DNA from: Minisyncoccota bacterium
GTDB taxonomy: Bacteria > Patescibacteriota > Minisyncoccia > Phycocordibacterales > DATDWN01
Assembly: GCA_036517395.1 (NCBI GenBank)
Contig: DATDWN010000013.1
Coordinates: 2,191 to 66,190, forward strand
Direction of reading: 5' to 3'
Length of the DNA stretch: 64,000 nucleotides
The first letter of the stretch is position 1, and every line of letters starts with the position of its first letter. Below, piece by piece: positions 47,627-57,746 of this stretch. Below the pieces are notes generated by a model. That model made no database searches. It saw nothing but the letters and a program-made list of their open reading frames with translations, and had not been told where the DNA came from. The position numbers were made by a program, and so were the translations under genes.

Positions 47627-47703
47627 GCCGAGGTAGCTCAGTTGGTAGTAGCGCTTCCCTGAAGAGGAAGATGTCGCCAGTTCGACTCTGGCCCTCGGCA
47701 CCA
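47627..47703 (+). tRNA. tRNA-Phe(GAA)
   Basis: Anticodon arm CTTCC-CTGAAGA-GGAAG and encoded CCA. Confidence 0.92.
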
Positions 47704-47711
47704 AAATAGGT

Positions 47712-48182
47712 TTATCCCTTTACCCTAAGTTTCGTCTGTCTATTTTTATCAATTTTTGGCAATCGTAAAATAAGAAGGCCGTGTTTTTCTATGGCGTCCG
47801 CCTCATCAACCTGTACTTCGGCAGGAAGCATAATAGTTCGTGAAAATGTGCCCCAGTAGAGTTCTTGGTGGAAATAGTCCTCATCTTTGACAAATCTTTC
47901 CGTCTCGCGTTTGCCTTTTATCGTGACCATGTCGCGGGTGATAGATATGTCGAGGTCTTCAGGCTTTACTCCGGCCACCATGCTTTTTATAACTATTTCC
48001 GTCGGTGTTTGGTAGAGGTCAACTGTAAGCTCTCCATCCTCGCTTTCATCATCAAACCAAGCCTCGCCATTGTTGTCTCCCCTGATGGGTATTTTTTTGC
48101 TACTAACAATTTCCGACTCAGCTTCTTCGTCCATTTTCATACTGCCGGTTAGTTTTTCAAAAAATGATCTATTGTCTTTCAT
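47712..48182 (-). CDS. Hsp20 / alpha-crystallin small heat shock protein
   Basis: Motifs VDLYQT, ELYWGTFSRTIMLP and GLLILRLPK. Confidence 0.92.
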   Translation of the reverse strand: MKDNRSFFEKLTGSMKMDEEAESEIVSSKKIPIRGDNNGEAWFDDESEDGELTVDLYQTPTEIVIKSMVAGVKPEDLDISITRDMVTIKGKRETERFVKDEDYFHQELYWGTFSRTIMLPAEVQVDEADAIEKHGLLILRLPKIDKNRQTKLRVKG

Positions 48183-48882
48183 AAGTGTTTTGATTTATAT
48201 TTTTTATTTTTTCAAACATTAAAAGTATGGCTACAATTCCGACCCAGACCACACCAAATGTAAGAAAAATGTTTTTTTCTGCACTGTTAATTATAAGTAA
48301 ATTGAAGCCAGTATGCAACACGATAGCAACGATAACTCCAGCAATAGTGTAAAATACTTTATCAACATGCGATTTATAGAAAGCTAGAGCCATATATACA
48401 CCTATGGTGGCGGACGACATGATGTGGAGAAGTGACGCACCTACAAATCGCAGGTTTCCAGAGACGATGGTGTCAACCAGATTTCCGGCGTGAATTGATG
48501 GTATGAGAAAGAGTGCATTTTCAAAGGTGACAAAACCGAGGGCCGACACTATGAGGTAAATCATGTCGTCTACTGGCTCATCCGCCACTTTTTTGTTTCG
48601 TAGGGCGATAAAATATACAAATGCAAACTTAGCGGTCTCTTCTATGGTTGCCCACAGGATAAATGACAACAAATGCGGGTCTGGTTGATAGTTATAAACA
48701 AGCTTTTCGAGCGGTAAAACTACTAGGACCGCTAACATACCACCGAGGAAAGATAGAGTAATCATTTTTGCCGGTTCTGGGTGGCTATCTTCTTTCAGCC
48801 AGAACCACATCCATATCAGGGCTGGAATAAGCCCAAGAATAAAAGCTAGGATGAAAGGATAGTTTTGAAGGAAAGATAGCAT
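48169..48882 (-). CDS. PrsW family intramembrane metalloprotease
   Basis: Motifs IEETAKF, GFVTFEN, LLH and LHTGFN. Confidence 0.9.
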   Translation of the reverse strand: MLSFLQNYPFILAFILGLIPALIWMWFWLKEDSHPEPAKMITLSFLGGMLAVLVVLPLEKLVYNYQPDPHLLSFILWATIEETAKFAFVYFIALRNKKVADEPVDDMIYLIVSALGFVTFENALFLIPSIHAGNLVDTIVSGNLRFVGASLLHIMSSATIGVYMALAFYKSHVDKVFYTIAGVIVAIVLHTGFNLLIINSAEKNIFLTFGVVWVGIVAILLMFEKIKNINQNTYERQ

Positions 48883-48940
48883 AATTTTTAATTTAAACTT
48901 TAAAATTTAGACTTAATTTTAAATTATTAAATTCTAAATT

Positions 48941-51100
48941 TTAAATTGTTGGCTCAGGCCACTCTTCGATCATGAGAAGAGTTTTCTTATCCATATTTTG
49001 CCAAATTTCTTCCGTGATAAATGGCATGAATGGATGTAAAGCTCTGAGAGTAGCGTCTAGGGTCTGAAGTAAAAATTGCTTACGTCGACTCTTCTCTTCC
49101 TCCGTGCCTCTTTGGAAGATTGTTTTGCTTTCTTCTATTATTTTATCCGCGAGAGTGTGCCAGACATAATGATACAATTTTTCGGCGGCAAGATAAAAAC
49201 GAAAATTGTCCATATCTTTTGTAACATCCTCAAGCACGGCTCGTCTTTCGGCTCTGAGTGTTTCGTCAAATTCGTTCCTCTCCGGAAAACCATTTTCCAT
49301 ACTTTCCCCCTCTGTATTTTCCAGGATAAACCTCGTAATGTTCCAGATTTTATTGGCGAAGTTTTTATAGGCCTTAATTTTGTCTTCTGAGAGGGCGAGT
49401 GAAGTTCCTGGTGTATTTCCTATAACCAGTGCCATACGCAGAGCATCTGTACCAAATTTCTCCGTGAGTATCATAGGATCGATAACATTTCCCTTGCTTT
49501 TGCTCATCTTTAGTCCTTTGCCATCTAAAACAAGCCCATGAAGATAAACGTTTTTGAATGGCACCTTCCCCGTGATATACAGTCCGAGCATAATCATGCG
49601 TGTCACCCAGAAGAAAATAATTTCTCCAGCCGTTTCCATGACATCCGTTGGATAAAAAGTTTTGAAGTCTTCGTGATCTGGAAACCCCAGTGTTGCAAAA
49701 GGCCATTGTCCTGATGAAAACCATGTATCAAATGTGTCATTGTCTTGGGCCACCCCTCCTCCACATTTGTCGCATTTCGATATTTTATTTTCCAAATCTA
49801 CCATACCGTGACTGCACTGGGTGCATATTTTAGCTGGAATAGGAATGCCCCAGACTATTTGCCTAGATATATTCCAATCCATAATATTTTGTAGCCAGTG
49901 AGTGGTTATTTTCTTATAGTGATCTGGTATATATACGATCTCATCATTCTCTATTTTTTCCAATGCTTTCTCCGCCAGTGGCTTCATTTTTACAAACCAC
50001 TGACTTTTTATCTGGGGCTCAATGATTGTTCCGCATTTATAGCAGGTTCGGACAACGTGCTTGTAGTTCTCGTCTATCTTTTCCACTAAACCTTTTTTTT
50101 GCAATTTTTCTAGTATCAAAGGTCTAGCTTTTTTGATGTGCTGACCAGCAAACTCTCCGGCAATGGGTAACAGTTTACCCTGTTCATCTATTATCTGCTC
50201 CTTGTCTAGATGATGTCTCTCGGCTATTTCAAAGTCAGCCGTGTCGTGCCAAGGAGTGATAGTCATAACTCCAGTACCGAACTCCATATCAACAGCCGAG
50301 TCTTTTATAATGGTCGCCTCAACAGGCCCATTTATCCATTCGAGGTTTATTTTTTGGCCATCTTTATAATCAGCGTATCTTTTATCGTCAGGATGCATGA
50401 CCACATATTTATCGCCAAATTTTGTTTCAGGTCTGGAAGTGGCTATAGTGAAAGGTCCGTATTTGAGGTAGTAGAAACTATCAGTTCGTTCCTCGTCTTT
50501 GATTTCTAGATCAGAAAAAGAGGTTTGATGTTTTGTACACCACGAGACAATTCTCGATCCTCTATATACCAAATCATCGTCATACAGTTTTTTGAATGTT
50601 TGATAAACGGTTTGTATGATGTCTGGATCAAGTGTAAATTTTTCTCGAGACCAGTCACATGACGCCCCCATTTTCCTTATTTGCGATTTTATGTTACGAG
50701 AATTGTTTAGTGTGAAGTCCAGTATCTCTTTGTAAAGTTGTTTTGGTTCGATTTCAAATCTAGTTCGACCTTCTTTCTCTAGTTGTTTTTCGTACACAAC
50801 TTGGGTTTCAAATCCCGCATGGTCTAGACCGGGGAGCCATAGAGTTTTGAATCCTTGCATCCTTTTATATCGAATCATTATGTCCTCTATAGTCATAACA
50901 AGTCCATGACCGGCATGAAGTGAGCCGTTGGCATTTGTCGGTGGCATTATTAGTGTAAAGGGTTTAGCATTAGGGTCAGTATTCTTGTCGGGATTGAAAA
51001 AACCGCTTTCCTCCCAGATTTTGTAGATCCTTTCCTCTGTTTCTTGGGGCTTATATGGGGATAAGAAAATTTCCTTCATCCCGTTAGAGTTTTTGATCAT
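48941..51100 (-). CDS. valS: Valine--tRNA ligase (short form)
   Basis: Motifs PPTNANGSLHAGH, DWNISRQ, DTWFSS and KMSKS. Confidence 0.96.
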   Translation of the reverse strand: MIKNSNGMKEIFLSPYKPQETEERIYKIWEESGFFNPDKNTDPNAKPFTLIMPPTNANGSLHAGHGLVMTIEDIMIRYKRMQGFKTLWLPGLDHAGFETQVVYEKQLEKEGRTRFEIEPKQLYKEILDFTLNNSRNIKSQIRKMGASCDWSREKFTLDPDIIQTVYQTFKKLYDDDLVYRGSRIVSWCTKHQTSFSDLEIKDEERTDSFYYLKYGPFTIATSRPETKFGDKYVVMHPDDKRYADYKDGQKINLEWINGPVEATIIKDSAVDMEFGTGVMTITPWHDTADFEIAERHHLDKEQIIDEQGKLLPIAGEFAGQHIKKARPLILEKLQKKGLVEKIDENYKHVVRTCYKCGTIIEPQIKSQWFVKMKPLAEKALEKIENDEIVYIPDHYKKITTHWLQNIMDWNISRQIVWGIPIPAKICTQCSHGMVDLENKISKCDKCGGGVAQDNDTFDTWFSSGQWPFATLGFPDHEDFKTFYPTDVMETAGEIIFFWVTRMIMLGLYITGKVPFKNVYLHGLVLDGKGLKMSKSKGNVIDPMILTEKFGTDALRMALVIGNTPGTSLALSEDKIKAYKNFANKIWNITRFILENTEGESMENGFPERNEFDETLRAERRAVLEDVTKDMDNFRFYLAAEKLYHYVWHTLADKIIEESKTIFQRGTEEEKSRRKQFLLQTLDATLRALHPFMPFITEEIWQNMDKKTLLMIEEWPEPTI

Positions 51101-51178
51101 TTATTTGAAGTTAAATTTACTTGTGCAAGAATAATGTATTTTATCCACAGGCGTTAGGAAGTAAAACTCTAACGGGAT
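51078..51178. mobile_element. Second MITE-like element (101 bp) at the valS start
   Basis: 16 bp IR ATCCCGTTAGAGTTTT / AAAACTCTAACGGGAT, with TTCA duplicated around TCC...GGA. Confidence 0.7.
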
Positions 51179-51480
51179 TCATTTCTTTATATTATCACAC
51201 CCAAACTTTGTGAGGTAGTTGTTGACAGTAGCAATAATTTGACAAAACAAAGTATCTTAAGGACATGTCTTTTATATACTACATATTATGTCCTTGATAA
51301 TTACTTCCCGAAATAGACATGTTTTGTAGGCTATAAATTTTATATAAAAAACTTTTTTTGATGTAAAGGACATGAATCTAAAGAATGGCTATAAACAAGG
51401 ATATTTCTGATATTAGTATTTTCCTCGACTATTGACACTTTTGTAATCGAAGTGTATCCTTTTCGGCATAATAAATATCT

Positions 51481-54400
51481 ATGAAAACAGGCGTAAATAA
51501 ATTAATACACATGAAGCATTTAGCTTTATTTACAGCCATATTCATGGCCACTTTTTTTGGTTTGGTGATTACCACAACCCACGCATTTAATGATCCACCC
51601 AATTTGAGAGCGAATGTAGTTTTCTCGTTTGAAGAGGTAAGTGGATACAACCCTAATTTAACCATACCACAGCAGGGTAATAAAATTATTCATTATGTTG
51701 TCCATGCCAATAACCTTGGACCGGGCTCAGTTACAGTTAAAAAAGAGGGATCAACGAATCCAATTTCTGGTTGGCAGGCTACTGGAGAGGGTAATGCTGA
51801 AGAGCTTGTAACCGTCGGCGGCAAAACGGTTTACCAAGAAGGAGAGTCTGGCGTTACGGATTTTTACTATGATACTGCCCAAAGAAGTTGTGGAAGAGTA
51901 CAAATTGATATCGGATTTAAAGATACAGAAAATACTGCAGATAGATTAGCTGGTGATCAAATGGTTACTGGTATTGTAATTAATTATGGTGTTGATTGTA
52001 GCACCCTTCCCCAAGGATATCTGGATGGTGCAAGCTGTACTCATATTGGTGGTTGGTCTATAGATTTTGATACACCAAATTCTTTTGTTAATATTGAAAT
52101 ATACAGAAATGGTCCATTTGGAACTGGAACATTATCTACAACAACATCAGCATATCACTTTCGTTCAGATATTAATTCCATCTACAATTTAGGTAATCAT
52201 GCTTTTGGCATTACTACCCCATCAGATTTTCTAGATGGTAATTCTCACAGCGTCTATGCCTATGGCATTGATACACAAACTGGTGCACGTGTGCTTCTAA
52301 GCCCATCATCTACGACAACACCTCTAGTAATATCTTGTCCAAACACTCCAGTTTCTCCAACAGTAGATCTCAAGGCTAACGGTTCAGATGGACCAATCAC
52401 TATTCCATCTGGCACTTCTGCTACACTAAGCTGGATATCTCAAAATGCTACATCATGTGCTCTATTCATTAACAACATCAATACTGGTTGGACAGGGACA
52501 TCACAATCAGACGTACAGACAGGTAACATCACTATCGCAACGAGCACCTACCGTGTTGATTGTACTGGTTCAGGTGGTAATGCTTCTGATACTGTGGTTA
52601 TTTATACTCAGACTTCTCCTGCCGCATCTGCTAATCTTTCTGTTTTAAAGACAGCAGACAAGGCTACAGCAAATGTCCTTGACACTCTGACATACACAAT
52701 CATCGTAGCAAACGCTGGCCCAGACAATGCTACAGGAGCATTCGTTACAGATATTTTATCTAATAAACTAAACTTTGTTTCAGCTTCATCTTCTGTGGGG
52801 AGTTTTTCTACTACAACAGGACAGTGGACGATAGGTAATTTAAATAATAATTCTTCTGCAACATTAACCATAGTTTCAACAATCAAGGCTGGAAATGAAG
52901 GACAGGTGATTACAAATACAGCCACTACCACAGCTAATCAAAACGATTCTAACACAGGTGATAACACTTCTACTGTAACAACTACGGTTAATGGTATTCC
53001 AGTAAATGGCAAGATAACTTTCTGTTTGATTCTTTCCGATATAAATAATGTTATTGCCACTACGTCTTCTGATTTACCAGCTGGTATTTTCTCTCTAGAT
53101 CTAAATACATCAACAACTTCAGGTAGTACGGTTCAGACAAAAACATGGAATACACCTACATTTTCACCAAACAAAAAAATAATTCTAGGAGTAAATGATG
53201 CTGATTGTGTAACGTTCAGTAATCTTCCACTCGGCACTTATTATTATTCACAAATGACAGTAAACGGAGCGCTTTGGCTTGTACCTAGATACAATGATCA
53301 AAATACATCATCTGTAAATAATATTTTTGATTTCTTCATATATAGTCCTGAGCTTTTCAATGCTAGTAGCACAGATGATGCCGGTAGAAACTTGAATTCA
53401 GACGGTCAAATTATATTAGCAGCGGGGGACATGGACAAAACTTTAGTTGTCCTTGAGAAAGATGACCCAGGCACTTCATGTCCGGCGCCGCAAATAACAT
53501 CTCTGCTTAGCGCAAGTGGTGTCGTGGGTTCTCCATTTACTTATACATTTACAGCGTCATCAACGACTGCAGTGACTTACTCTGCTAGTGGTCTTCCTCC
53601 AGGATTAACTTTCTCTACCACAACTCACATTATCACGGGAACGCCTACTACTGTCGGCACGTATAATGTGTCACTGGGCGCTGTCAACACCTGTATAGGT
53701 GGTATAGACATAAAGACATTGGTTATTACTATCACCACTCCGGGTGGAGGTGGTTCGCCAAACGCTAATCTGATTGTCTCAAAGACAGTAGACAAAGCTT
53801 CAGCTAATGTCCTTGATACTCTTACATACACAATCACCCTCAAAAATAATGGTCCAGACGCGGCTACAGGCGTAATTATCACGGACATTTTGTCTGGTAA
53901 GTTAGAATTTGTTTCTGCAACTTCTACTCTGGGAAGCTATGCCACAAGTACGGGCATATGGAGCGTGGGGAATTTGGCTAACGGCGCTTCAGCTACCACA
54001 ACTATTGTGGCTAAAATAAAGGCTGGTAACGAAGGTCAAACAATAGCCAACAGCGCTGTTGGTTCTGCCACACAGGCCGACTCTAATCCTAATGACAATA
54101 CGTCTAGCGTAAGTACCAGCGTAAATACTCCAGGTTGTACATCAAACTGTGGCGGTGGTGGTTGTGCCAGCAATTGTGGAGGGGGTGGATACAGCCCGAA
54201 CTCGAACTTGGCAATCTCAAAGACATCTGACAAATCGACTGCAAAAGTTGGTGACAACATAACGTTCTTGATTACGGTAATAAACAATGGTCCAGACAAT
54301 GCCACTGCGGTTAACGTAAACGAAGCTATTCCCGCAGGATTAAACTTTGTTTCAGCTACAACTACGAAGGGTACATATGTTCCGGCTACAGGTCTATGGG

Positions 54401-55284
54401 TCATTGGTGATTTGAATACATCTTCATCCACTACCCTCATTATCCGTGGTACTGTAAAGGACGGTTATCAAGGACAAACTATAAGCAATATGGTTACAGT
54501 CTACGCTTCACAAAATGATCCTGTGCCTAGTAATAACACGGCAAGAGTGGATGTGCCTGTAACGGGAACAACCACAGCGACAACACCAACAGTGCCGAAC
54601 GGCTGTTACTACCTACTTGATTATCTTAGAGCAGATTTTAATAACAATCCGGTTGAAGTAAGGAAGCTTCAAGTTTTCCTTCGTGATTTGGAAGGATTCA
54701 GTACCGTTCAAATAACTGGCGTGTATGATGATCAGACCATTGTGGCTTTGGACGCATTCCAATCAAGATACGCATCTGATATTCTCACACCATGGGGACA
54801 CACAGCTCCTACTTCTTACACATATATTTTGACTAAGAAAAAAGTAAACGAGATTTATTGTAAAATAGCTTTCCCTGTAAACGCCCAACAGCAAATAGAA
54901 ATAGACACATACAGAAACTTCCTACTTGGTTTGAGAAACGCTGGAATTATTCCACCGACGACTTCAGAAAATAATGTAAGCAACACATCAAACAATACCA
55001 ACGAAACAACGACACCAAGTGTTCTTCTAAATAACCAAGTCGGTATAGGGACTACTACACCCGTTACGCTGGTTAGCGCAACTACAACACCTGGTATAGT
55101 CTCACGATTTACGGCAAACGTGGTGTTTGCATGGGACAAAATAACTGGCGGACTTGATTGGTGTGGTTGGTTGAATATTCTACTTCTTATAATAATTGGC
55201 ATTATTTCCTACCTATGGTATAGAGAATGGGACAGGAATAGAAAAATTGAGGCTATCAACAAAGAAATCGATCTAAACAAATAA
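51481..55284 (+). CDS. Large cell-surface protein with three DUF11-like repeats, Ig-like domains, a peptidoglycan-binding-like domain and a C-terminal TM
   Basis: Signal peptide, repeats NLxxxKTxDK...YTI...NxGPDxAT, He_PIG-like GLPPGLTF...ITGTPT, EVRKLQVFL...AFQ and a C-terminal hydrophobic helix. Confidence 0.85.
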   Translation: MKTGVNKLIHMKHLALFTAIFMATFFGLVITTTHAFNDPPNLRANVVFSFEEVSGYNPNLTIPQQGNKIIHYVVHANNLGPGSVTVKKEGSTNPISGWQATGEGNAEELVTVGGKTVYQEGESGVTDFYYDTAQRSCGRVQIDIGFKDTENTADRLAGDQMVTGIVINYGVDCSTLPQGYLDGASCTHIGGWSIDFDTPNSFVNIEIYRNGPFGTGTLSTTTSAYHFRSDINSIYNLGNHAFGITTPSDFLDGNSHSVYAYGIDTQTGARVLLSPSSTTTPLVISCPNTPVSPTVDLKANGSDGPITIPSGTSATLSWISQNATSCALFINNINTGWTGTSQSDVQTGNITIATSTYRVDCTGSGGNASDTVVIYTQTSPAASANLSVLKTADKATANVLDTLTYTIIVANAGPDNATGAFVTDILSNKLNFVSASSSVGSFSTTTGQWTIGNLNNNSSATLTIVSTIKAGNEGQVITNTATTTANQNDSNTGDNTSTVTTTVNGIPVNGKITFCLILSDINNVIATTSSDLPAGIFSLDLNTSTTSGSTVQTKTWNTPTFSPNKKIILGVNDADCVTFSNLPLGTYYYSQMTVNGALWLVPRYNDQNTSSVNNIFDFFIYSPELFNASSTDDAGRNLNSDGQIILAAGDMDKTLVVLEKDDPGTSCPAPQITSLLSASGVVGSPFTYTFTASSTTAVTYSASGLPPGLTFSTTTHIITGTPTTVGTYNVSLGAVNTCIGGIDIKTLVITITTPGGGGSPNANLIVSKTVDKASANVLDTLTYTITLKNNGPDAATGVIITDILSGKLEFVSATSTLGSYATSTGIWSVGNLANGASATTTIVAKIKAGNEGQTIANSAVGSATQADSNPNDNTSSVSTSVNTPGCTSNCGGGGCASNCGGGGYSPNSNLAISKTSDKSTAKVGDNITFLITVINNGPDNATAVNVNEAIPAGLNFVSATTTKGTYVPATGLWVIGDLNTSSSTTLIIRGTVKDGYQGQTISNMVTVYASQNDPVPSNNTARVDVPVTGTTTATTPTVPNGCYYLLDYLRADFNNNPVEVRKLQVFLRDLEGFSTVQITGVYDDQTIVALDAFQSRYASDILTPWGHTAPTSYTYILTKKKVNEIYCKIAFPVNAQQQIEIDTYRNFLLGLRNAGIIPPTTSENNVSNTSNNTNETTTPSVLLNNQVGIGTTTPVTLVSATTTPGIVSRFTANVVFAWDKITGGLDWCGWLNILLLIIIGIISYLWYREWDRNRKIEAINKEIDLNK

Positions 55285-55388
55285 AAGAAAGAAGCCACAT
55301 TGTGTGGCCCCTTTCTTTTGTGTACTTCCAATACTATATACTAGCATACTGTGCTTTTTATTTCAACCACGTAGTAGAGCATAGCTCA

Positions 55389-56615
55389 CTACATGGCTAG
55401 TTTTAGGTTACCACTAGCGATTATTTTTGTCTGTTTGTCCAGTATTTTAGGGTTTAGTATTACGTTTAAATATGTTGCGGCCGCTATCATGAGCGAGTTA
55501 TCTGTGGCTAGAGAGTTGGTGGGTATTTTTAATATTAAATCCGAGAATTTGTCCGCAAGTTTAGTAAAGGCTTGTCTGATTTTTTTATTTGCTATCACAC
55601 CGCCTGCTACGATGAGTGTTTTTGCTCCTGTTCTTTCCAATGCCTCATTTGTTTTCTTCAGTAGCACATCTACAACGGCATCCTCAAACTCTCTGGCCAG
55701 ATCAGCTTTCTCATCTATCGTCATCTTGCTATGATCCTTGCTGAATTTATCTCGAATATAATAAAGCACAGCAGTTTTCAGTCCGGAAAAAGAAAAATTG
55801 CTATCACCGGAGTGTATCATTGGTCTGGGAAGTCTGGCTATGTTTGGAAGGTTGTTTTCTCTGGCGAATTCTGCCAATCGTGATATCTCAGGGCCGCCGG
55901 GGTAGGGAAGACCCATCATTCTAGCCACTTTATCAAAAGCTTCGCCCACCGCGTCATCAAGAGTTTGCCCCATTACTTCATATTCTCCCCACCCCTTCAT
56001 ACTGACTAGCTCAGTATGTCCACCAGAAATAAGTAGTGCTAAAGCGGGGAACCGTATTGTATTGGTTTTTTTTGAAAATTGAAAATTGAAAATTGAAAAT
56101 TCTTCTGTTTTGCAAATCAAAACAGAAGCGATATGTCCTTCCATATGATTTATTGGCACAACAGGAATGTCCCATAGTTTACCCAAAGCTTCCGCGCAAC
56201 TTATACCCACCCACAGAGCGGGGGCAAGTCCAGGACCCGATGTCACTCCAATCACATCTATCTTCGGCTTTTCTATGTTTTTTAAAGCAGATATTAGCCC
56301 TTCAAACAACCCATCCTCTCTAGAAACAATATATTTTATTTCTTGCCACTTCTCCTCGCCGTAGCTCGGCGAAGTCGGATTTTCAGCATACATCTCCGCT
56401 TGCTTCAATACGTTCATAAGAAGTGGAGGCAGGTTTTTGCCATGCTCTCTTTTTGCAAGCATCGGATAGACTCCGCCGTATTCTCTGTGTGTGTTTACTT
56501 GTGAGAAAAGAGAATTCCCGAGTATTTTGAAAACAGGGGATTCTGTTCCACCCTCTGCTTCTACAATACTAACAGCCGTTTCATCGCAACTCGTTTCAAT
56601 CGAAAGTATTTTCAT
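55389..56615 (-). CDS. tsaD: tRNA N6-threonylcarbamoyltransferase TsaD
   Basis: Motifs IETSCDET, HMEGH, SGGHT, DDAVGEAFDK and FSFSGLKT. Confidence 0.97.
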   Translation of the reverse strand: MKILSIETSCDETAVSIVEAEGGTESPVFKILGNSLFSQVNTHREYGGVYPMLAKREHGKNLPPLLMNVLKQAEMYAENPTSPSYGEEKWQEIKYIVSREDGLFEGLISALKNIEKPKIDVIGVTSGPGLAPALWVGISCAEALGKLWDIPVVPINHMEGHIASVLICKTEEFSIFNFQFSKKTNTIRFPALALLISGGHTELVSMKGWGEYEVMGQTLDDAVGEAFDKVARMMGLPYPGGPEISRLAEFARENNLPNIARLPRPMIHSGDSNFSFSGLKTAVLYYIRDKFSKDHSKMTIDEKADLAREFEDAVVDVLLKKTNEALERTGAKTLIVAGGVIANKKIRQAFTKLADKFSDLILKIPTNSLATDNSLMIAAATYLNVILNPKILDKQTKIIASGNLKLAM

Positions 56616-56685
56616 AATTTTATATACTCAGAAAATTAAACATATCACTTCTCGCCCCGTACCGAGCTTTGCTCTGGTACTGGGG

Positions 56686-56720
56686 TCATCACAACTTGTC
56701 TCAATGCTTAAGATTTTCAT
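56686..56720 (-). pseudogene. Duplicate tsaD 5' fragment (MKILSIETSCD)
   Basis: Same 11 residues as the tsaD start, with synonymous codon changes; ends at the REP at 56655-56685. Confidence 0.85.
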
Positions 56721-56791
56721 TCCTTTAACTTAGCAAAAATATTTCCAATTTACCAACAATTTCATATCTTACGATATATCGCAAGATATGA

Positions 56792-57346
56792 TTATAGGCT
56801 GTAGATTATTAATCTTTTTCCACGCCCAGAATTATTTTTAGACAGTTCAATTATCTCTGTTGGTTTCCGATTTTTATCCTCAAAATCACATGAAACAATC
56901 CTTGTGCCGCTTCTACATTTTTTTTCTAAAACAGGCATGAGCTTTTCCATTACCTTTGGGTAAAGATATGTAAATATATGAGTTGCATTAGCGATGTCAG
57001 TTTTGAAAATATCTTCTCTTCTGATTTCTATGTTCTTGTTTTTTCGCGTTTTGAATCGGGCCAGTAGATAGGGGATAAAGGCAATCTCAATGCCGACAGC
57101 TTTTATATTTGGATATTTTTCTACGGCAGATTTCAAAACTCGCCCATCACCACAACCAAGGTCATACAATACGCTGTCTTCGTTTAATTTCAGACTTTCA
57201 ATAATTTTGTCCTCAATTTCTCTAGGTATTGGCACAAATGGTGCGTCCGCTGTGAATATAGAGATAATCTGAGCCAAAAAGAAAAGTAATACGAAAAGCA
57301 AGACAACCAGACAAACACACAAAAGAAAAAAGTTTAAAACCATCAT
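56792..57346 (-). CDS. Membrane-anchored class I SAM methyltransferase
   Basis: Motifs APFVP, YDLGCGDG and FTYLYP. The start is moved to the ATG downstream of tRNA-Val. Confidence 0.88.
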   Translation of the reverse strand: MMVLNFFLLCVCLVVLLFVLLFFLAQIISIFTADAPFVPIPREIEDKIIESLKLNEDSVLYDLGCGDGRVLKSAVEKYPNIKAVGIEIAFIPYLLARFKTRKNKNIEIRREDIFKTDIANATHIFTYLYPKVMEKLMPVLEKKCRSGTRIVSCDFEDKNRKPTEIIELSKNNSGRGKRLIIYSL

Positions 57347-57348
57347 TG

Positions 57349-57421
57349 TGCGCGATGCAAGATTTGAACTTGCCGCCTTCTCAACGTCAATGAGACGCTC
57401 TACCAAATGAGCTAATCGCGC
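57349..57421 (-). tRNA. tRNA-Val(GAC)
   Basis: The reverse complement folds with anticodon arm TCTCA-TTGACGT-TGAGA. Confidence 0.9.
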
Positions 57422-57533
57422 ATGGATTTAAGTTAGCATATTTTTGCTTTTTAGACAAAAAGTGATATAGTTTTCCTGTGCTTTTGGCTAAACCCCTCTG
57501 GGGTCGCCCGAACTTTGCAAAGCAAAGTTTTAG

Positions 57534-57605
57534 GGCCCTATCGTCTATCGGTTAGGACAACTGGTTTTCAATCAGTTAAGCGCGGTTCGACTCCGCGTAG
57601 GGTCA
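57534..57605 (+). tRNA. tRNA-Glu(UUC)
   Basis: Acceptor GGCCCTA/TAGGGTC and anticodon arm ACTGG-TTTTCAA-TCAGT. Confidence 0.9.
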
Positions 57606-57746
57606 CAAAAATTAAATTAATGCATTATTTAATTTTTGTGACCCTGCGCCAGGAAGGGGTCGGGAGACCTGTTTGGTTTCCCGTGGAGGAAGGATTGGGA
57701 AAACCGTGGGTTTCCCAGTGCGTAAGGGTCACACACGTAACATTTT

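Noticed and set aside
40462-51149. DnaA boxes TTATCCACA at 40462-40470 and 51141-51149, plus the gene-strand switch near 47.7 kb
   Set aside because: The boxes are isolated, with no cluster and no dnaA or dnaN. I see no recognisable dif site, so neither an origin nor a terminus can be supported.
56792-57406. 204 aa version of the methyltransferase and ORFs 6248-6436, 6443-6889 and 57515-57754
   Set aside because: They overlap tRNA genes or tRNA repeats; the methyltransferase start was reassigned to 57346.
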